Shown here: positions 58,528 to 62,017 of the stretch, in pieces | Layout: every line of letters begins with the position of its first letter | Position numbering within the stretch: the stretch's first letter is position 1 | Assembly: GCA_965368815.1 (NCBI GenBank) | Contig: CBDUOH010000003.1 | Location: 1-62,017, forward strand | Reading direction: 5' to 3' | Origin: an uncultured Acidimicrobiia bacterium | GTDB taxonomy: Bacteria; Actinomycetota; Acidimicrobiia; Spongiisociales; UBA5794 | DNA length: 62,017 nt | Translations under genes and position numbers: made by a program | The notes under the pieces: model-generated | The model's database searches: none | What the model was told of the DNA's origin: nothing | The model's input: only the letters and a program-made list of their open reading frames with translations

Positions 58528-59580
58528 GTGCGTCGCGCTGTCGACATAGTCGACGGTCTCGACGTGGATGGGCTGATGCATGGCGCGATCGACGTAGCGC
58601 GATCGACGTATCCGCATCCCAATCCACGTGTGGGAGCCGTCATCGTTACACCAGACCACACGGTGCTATCCGTCGGGGCCTGCCTCGGCGACGGTCTCGC
58701 ACATGCAGAAACGAACGCTCTGGACGCACTTGCGGACCGCGGCACCGCTCGAGGGGCGACGATGGTTGTCACCCTTGAGCCATGCAGTCATCACGGTCGC
58801 ACGCCCCCGTGTGCCGACGCCCTCATCGAAGCCGGCATCGCCAAGGTGGTGATCGGTGCTCTCGATCCGAACCCGAGAGTCTCCGGATCTGGGGCGCAAC
58901 GTCTCATGGACGCCGGCATCGAGGTCGAGGTCGGAATCGCCGAGTCTGATGTGATCGCGGCCGATCCTGCCTACTTCCATCATCTGTGGACGGGGAGACC
59001 AAGGGTCACACTCAAGATGGCGACCACGCTCGATGGCCAGGTCGCCGCCGCCGACGGTTCATCGCGCTGGATCACGGGCCAGAAGGCCCGACAGGACGTC
59101 CATGTACTGCGTTCGGAACACGACGCCGTTCTCGTGGGTGCCGGTACGGTACTCGCCGACAATCCCACGCTCACGGTGCGTTTGGATGGATACGACGGCC
59201 CCCAGCCGACACCGGTGATCTTCGCCGGAACCCGTGATCTGCCCGCCGACGCGGTCGTGATGGCCCGCGATCCTCTGATCTACACCAACGGAGGGCTGCT
59301 GGTGGATCCACTCCGCGCACTCGACGACCTCGGCAAGAAGCAGGTTTTGTCGGTGCTGGTCGAGGGCGGGCCGCGGATCGCCCGCAGCTTCGTCGAAGCT
59401 CGGGCTGTCGATGCCATCGTTTGGTATGTGGGTGGCAAGATCGCAGGCGGGACGGGGCTTCCAGCATTTCGCGGCGAGTTCGCGACCATCGCCGACGCCG
59501 TCGATCTCGATGTCGACTCGGTGACGCAATTGGGCAACGACGTACGCATCGACGCCACGCTCCGCACAAGGGAGGCGTGA
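58528..59580 (+). CDS. ribD: bifunctional diaminohydroxyphosphoribosylaminopyrimidine deaminase/5-amino-6-(5-phosphoribosylamino)uracil reductase
   Basis: HAETNAL and TLEPCSHHGRTPPC deaminase motifs, plus a reductase half. GTG 58528 lies 6 nt after GAAAGGGGA. The track start ATG 58507 lies inside the riboswitch. Confidence 0.9.
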   Translation: MRRAVDIVDGLDVDGLMHGAIDVARSTYPHPNPRVGAVIVTPDHTVLSVGACLGDGLAHAETNALDALADRGTARGATMVVTLEPCSHHGRTPPCADALIEAGIAKVVIGALDPNPRVSGSGAQRLMDAGIEVEVGIAESDVIAADPAYFHHLWTGRPRVTLKMATTLDGQVAAADGSSRWITGQKARQDVHVLRSEHDAVLVGAGTVLADNPTLTVRLDGYDGPQPTPVIFAGTRDLPADAVVMARDPLIYTNGGLLVDPLRALDDLGKKQVLSVLVEGGPRIARSFVEARAVDAIVWYVGGKIAGGTGLPAFRGEFATIADAVDLDVDSVTQLGNDVRIDATLRTREA

Positions 59581-60185
59581 TGTTCACCGGCATAGTCACG
59601 GAGCTCGGGCGGGTTGTCACTGCTGCAGACTCCGGCTCGGGCGTCGAATTCCGGATCGAGGCTCCCGAGACCGTTGCGGAGGTCGCAGTAGGTGATTCCA
59701 TCGCGGTTGACGGTGTCTGCCTCACCGTCACATCCGTGACCTCGGACGCGTTCACCTGTTTCGCCGTCCGTGAGACGCTGGACCGCTCTTCCCTGGGGAC
59801 CTTGCGTGCAGGGACCCGCGTGAACCTCGAGAGTGCGATGTCGAGCGGCGGACGATTCGACGGGCACATCGTCCAAGGCCATGTCGATGGGGTCGGGACG
59901 ATCATCGACATTGCCAACGAAGGAGAAGCCAGACGACTCCGAATCGCGATTCCTCCGTCCTTGGCCCCATATGTGGTCGAGAAGGGTTCCGTGACCCTGT
60001 CAGGTGTCAGCCTCACGCTCACCGCGGTGTCTCCCACGGCGGATGACGTTTGGATCGAGGTGGTCCTGATCCCGCACACCCTTGACGTGACAACGTTCGG
60101 TCGGTCGGGGATCGGGACGACGGTGAACGTCGAAGTGGATGTGATTGCAAAGTATGTCGAACGCATGATGGGACTGAAACAATGA
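59580..60185 (+). CDS. ribE: riboflavin synthase
   Basis: TGATG overlap. MFTGIVTELG start and duplicated lumazine-binding halves. Confidence 0.92.
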   Translation: MFTGIVTELGRVVTAADSGSGVEFRIEAPETVAEVAVGDSIAVDGVCLTVTSVTSDAFTCFAVRETLDRSSLGTLRAGTRVNLESAMSSGGRFDGHIVQGHVDGVGTIIDIANEGEARRLRIAIPPSLAPYVVEKGSVTLSGVSLTLTAVSPTADDVWIEVVLIPHTLDVTTFGRSGIGTTVNVEVDVIAKYVERMMGLKQ

Positions 60186-61417
60186 AGCTGGGCACCGTCG
60201 AGGAAGCGATCAAGGCGATCTCCGCAGGTGAGTTCGTGCTGGTCGTCGACAATGAAAACCGTGAGAACGAGGGTGATCTGATCATCGCCGCCGAGAAGGT
60301 GACGCCGGAACAGATCGCATTCATGGTGCGATATACATCCGGCCTCATATGTCTTCCGACGACTGGTGCGATCCTCGATGATCTGGAATTGCCTCTGATG
60401 GTTCTCGAGAACACCGACACCCACCACACTGCCTTCACCGTGTCGATCGATTATGCGCGAGGCACGACAACCGGGATCTCGGCAGCAGACCGCGCACAAA
60501 CGATCAGGGCTGTGGTCGAACCCGGAGCCAAGGCATCGGACTTTTCGCGTCCGGGACACATCTTCCCGTTGCGATATCAGGAGGGCGGTGTCCTCGTCCG
60601 TCCCGGCCACACCGAGGCCGCTGTGGACCTCGCCCGGCTTGCGGGCCTGAAACCCGCAGGTGCGCTGTGTGAGATCGTGAACGACGATGGCACCATGGCT
60701 CGTGGGGATTCGCTCGAGCGCTTCGCCCGAGAACACGGCATCGTGATGATCTCAATCGATGATCTGGTTGCATATCGTTGGCGCACCGAGGCGATCGTCC
60801 GGCGAGGGCCCGAGGCCGAGCTCCCCACCGCCCACGGCGTGTTCAAGGTGATCGGCTTCGAGTCGGCGATCGGCAAGACACAGCATGTAGCCCTCGTCAT
60901 GGGTGACGTCGACGGTGGAACGGACGTGTTGACGAGAGTCCACTCGGTTTGTTTGACCGGGGATGCGTTCGGTTCGCTTCGGTGCGACTGTGGAGCCCAA
61001 TTGTCAGAGGCGATGCATCGGATATCGGAAGCCGGCACCGGCGTGGTTGTGTACAACACGTCACACGAGGGCCGGGGAATCGGGATCATCGACAAGATCG
61101 CTGCATATCACCTCCAGGATCAGGGGCTCGATACGGTGGATGCGAACCTCGAGATCGGACATGCCGATGACAGCCGACATTACGGTGTCGATGCACAGAT
61201 CATCCATGATCTCGGTATCGCAGGGATCACCCTCCTCACCAACAATCCGGACAAGATCGAGCAACTGACCAGATTCGGCGTGGTTGTGAACGGACGGGAG
61301 CCGCTGTGGGTGGGGGAGACGCCCGAGAATCGGGCCTATCTCGCCACGAAGGCGGCTCGGATGGGGCACATGCTTGAACCCGCTGCGATCGACGGGTCCG
61401 AAGGGGCCACGCGATGA
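60182..61417 (+). CDS. ribBA: bifunctional 3,4-dihydroxy-2-butanone-4-phosphate synthase/GTP cyclohydrolase II
   Basis: ATGA overlap. [12 protein letters not shown] (DHBPS) and [20 protein letters not shown] (GCH II Zn site). Confidence 0.94.
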   Translation: MKLGTVEEAIKAISAGEFVLVVDNENRENEGDLIIAAEKVTPEQIAFMVRYTSGLICLPTTGAILDDLELPLMVLENTDTHHTAFTVSIDYARGTTTGISAADRAQTIRAVVEPGAKASDFSRPGHIFPLRYQEGGVLVRPGHTEAAVDLARLAGLKPAGALCEIVNDDGTMARGDSLERFAREHGIVMISIDDLVAYRWRTEAIVRRGPEAELPTAHGVFKVIGFESAIGKTQHVALVMGDVDGGTDVLTRVHSVCLTGDAFGSLRCDCGAQLSEAMHRISEAGTGVVVYNTSHEGRGIGIIDKIAAYHLQDQGLDTVDANLEIGHADDSRHYGVDAQIIHDLGIAGITLLTNNPDKIEQLTRFGVVVNGREPLWVGETPENRAYLATKAARMGHMLEPAAIDGSEGATR

Positions 61418-61884
61418 GGCTCGACCATCACCCGAAACCGGACATCGACGCAGCAGGTCTACGGATTGCTGTTGTCACGAGTCGCTTCAACGGAACCATC
61501 ACGAACGGTCTCAAAGATGGTGCCCTTGCGTTCCTCGACGAGGCCGGATGCAGCGAAGTGCTCGCTGTTGAGGCCCCGGGAGCATTCGAGTTGCCCGTGC
61601 TGGCACTGCACTTGGCGAGGGCGGGGTTCGACGCGGTCGTGTGCCTCGGTGCCGTCATCAAAGGCGATACCGACCACTACGAACACGTGGCTCACCGCGC
61701 GTCCGAGGGGCTCATGCGCGTCCAGCTCGACACGGGTGTGCCGGTCGCGTTCGGTGTCCTCACCGTCACCGATCCCGAAGCCGCGATCATGAGGTCGCTG
61801 CCGGGAGAACACAACAAGGGCAGGGAGGCAGCCGCTGCGGCCGTGGAAACAGCGTCGACCCTGCGTTCCCTCGGTGACCGATAG
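61414..61884 (+). CDS. ribH: 6,7-dimethyl-8-ribityllumazine synthase
   Basis: ATGA overlap. 156 aa with VPGAFELP and the GAVIKGDTDHYEHV pattern. Confidence 0.93.
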   Translation: MRLDHHPKPDIDAAGLRIAVVTSRFNGTITNGLKDGALAFLDEAGCSEVLAVEAPGAFELPVLALHLARAGFDAVVCLGAVIKGDTDHYEHVAHRASEGLMRVQLDTGVPVAFGVLTVTDPEAAIMRSLPGEHNKGREAAAAAVETASTLRSLGDR

Positions 61885-62017
61885 GAGTTCATGCGGTTGT
61901 AGCCGATGCCACCCGCTACGATTCTGGCAACAGAAAGCAAGAGGAGGCGCCTGCTTCCCACCCGACCACCGTTCGAAGGTGCATCGGGTCCGAACTTCCT
62001 GGCGACTCGGAGCGTTT

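Noticed and set aside
61885-62017. Possible feature downstream of ribH, a short AAGCA...TGCTT stem near 61938-61960.
   Set aside because: The stem is weak and there is no U-tract. The window ends before any downstream gene can be judged.
1-62017. Search for CRISPR repeats, tRNA/rRNA/tmRNA/RNase P, IS elements, integrases, and toxin-antitoxin or restriction-modification genes.
   Set aside because: No non-coding gap exceeds about 230 nt, and that gap holds the FMN riboswitch. By eye I saw no regularly spaced repeats and no cloverleaf-capable segment. No transposase, integrase or nuclease-like ORF is present. An exhaustive repeat search would need software.

Overview
This is a high-GC, actinobacterial-type chromosomal core region, and it is almost entirely coding. 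I call about 63 CDS. The largest non-coding gap (about 230 nt) holds an FMN riboswitch. I found no tRNA, rRNA, CRISPR array, IS or transposase, integrase, or defence-island-like cluster.

Gene order joins three housekeeping blocks known from Mycobacterium and Streptomyces, head to tail:
(i) pgsA, patA-like, pimA, pdxS, pdxT, yebC, ruvCAB, queA, tgt, yajC, secDF, rel, MBL hydrolase, hisS, aspS, rarA, alaS, ruvX, mltG, aroE, prepilin peptidase, aroC, aroK, aroB, efp, nusB.
(ii) PyrR attenuator, pyrR, pyrB, pyrC, carAB, pyrD, pyrF, mihF, gmk, rpoZ, coaBC, priA.
(iii) def, fmt, rsmB, ppk2 (antisense), rpe, REC-GGDEF, FMN riboswitch, ribD, ribE, ribBA, ribH.

The left flank (1-11.1 kb) is more mixed. 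It holds a class II DAHP synthase (5' partial), a patatin-like lipase, mshD, a small TM plus zinc-ribbon protein, an APH-like kinase-fold protein, thrS, an MMPL transporter with a small membrane partner, and gltA. The mshD, pgsA/patA/pimA and mihF genes point to Actinomycetota; I cannot place it more precisely.

I do not see a convincing new multi-gene system. Nearly every base is explained by conserved genes.

The items most worth a second look are:
- a recurrent TANNNT-N6/7-start geometry, implying many leaderless genes and internal promoters;
- an APH-fold protein lacking all three catalytic or metal residues;
- a PriA whose Walker A and B motifs are replaced;
- an orphan receiver-GGDEF protein with a GGDDF motif, translationally coupled to rpe;
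- a PyrR-binding hairpin whose 3' arm forms the SD of a 25-codon uORF that ends in a TGATG overlap inside the pyrR start region;
- a class-1B-like pyrD with no pyrK.

The many long ORFs antisense to these genes are mirror-frame artefacts of the high GC content.
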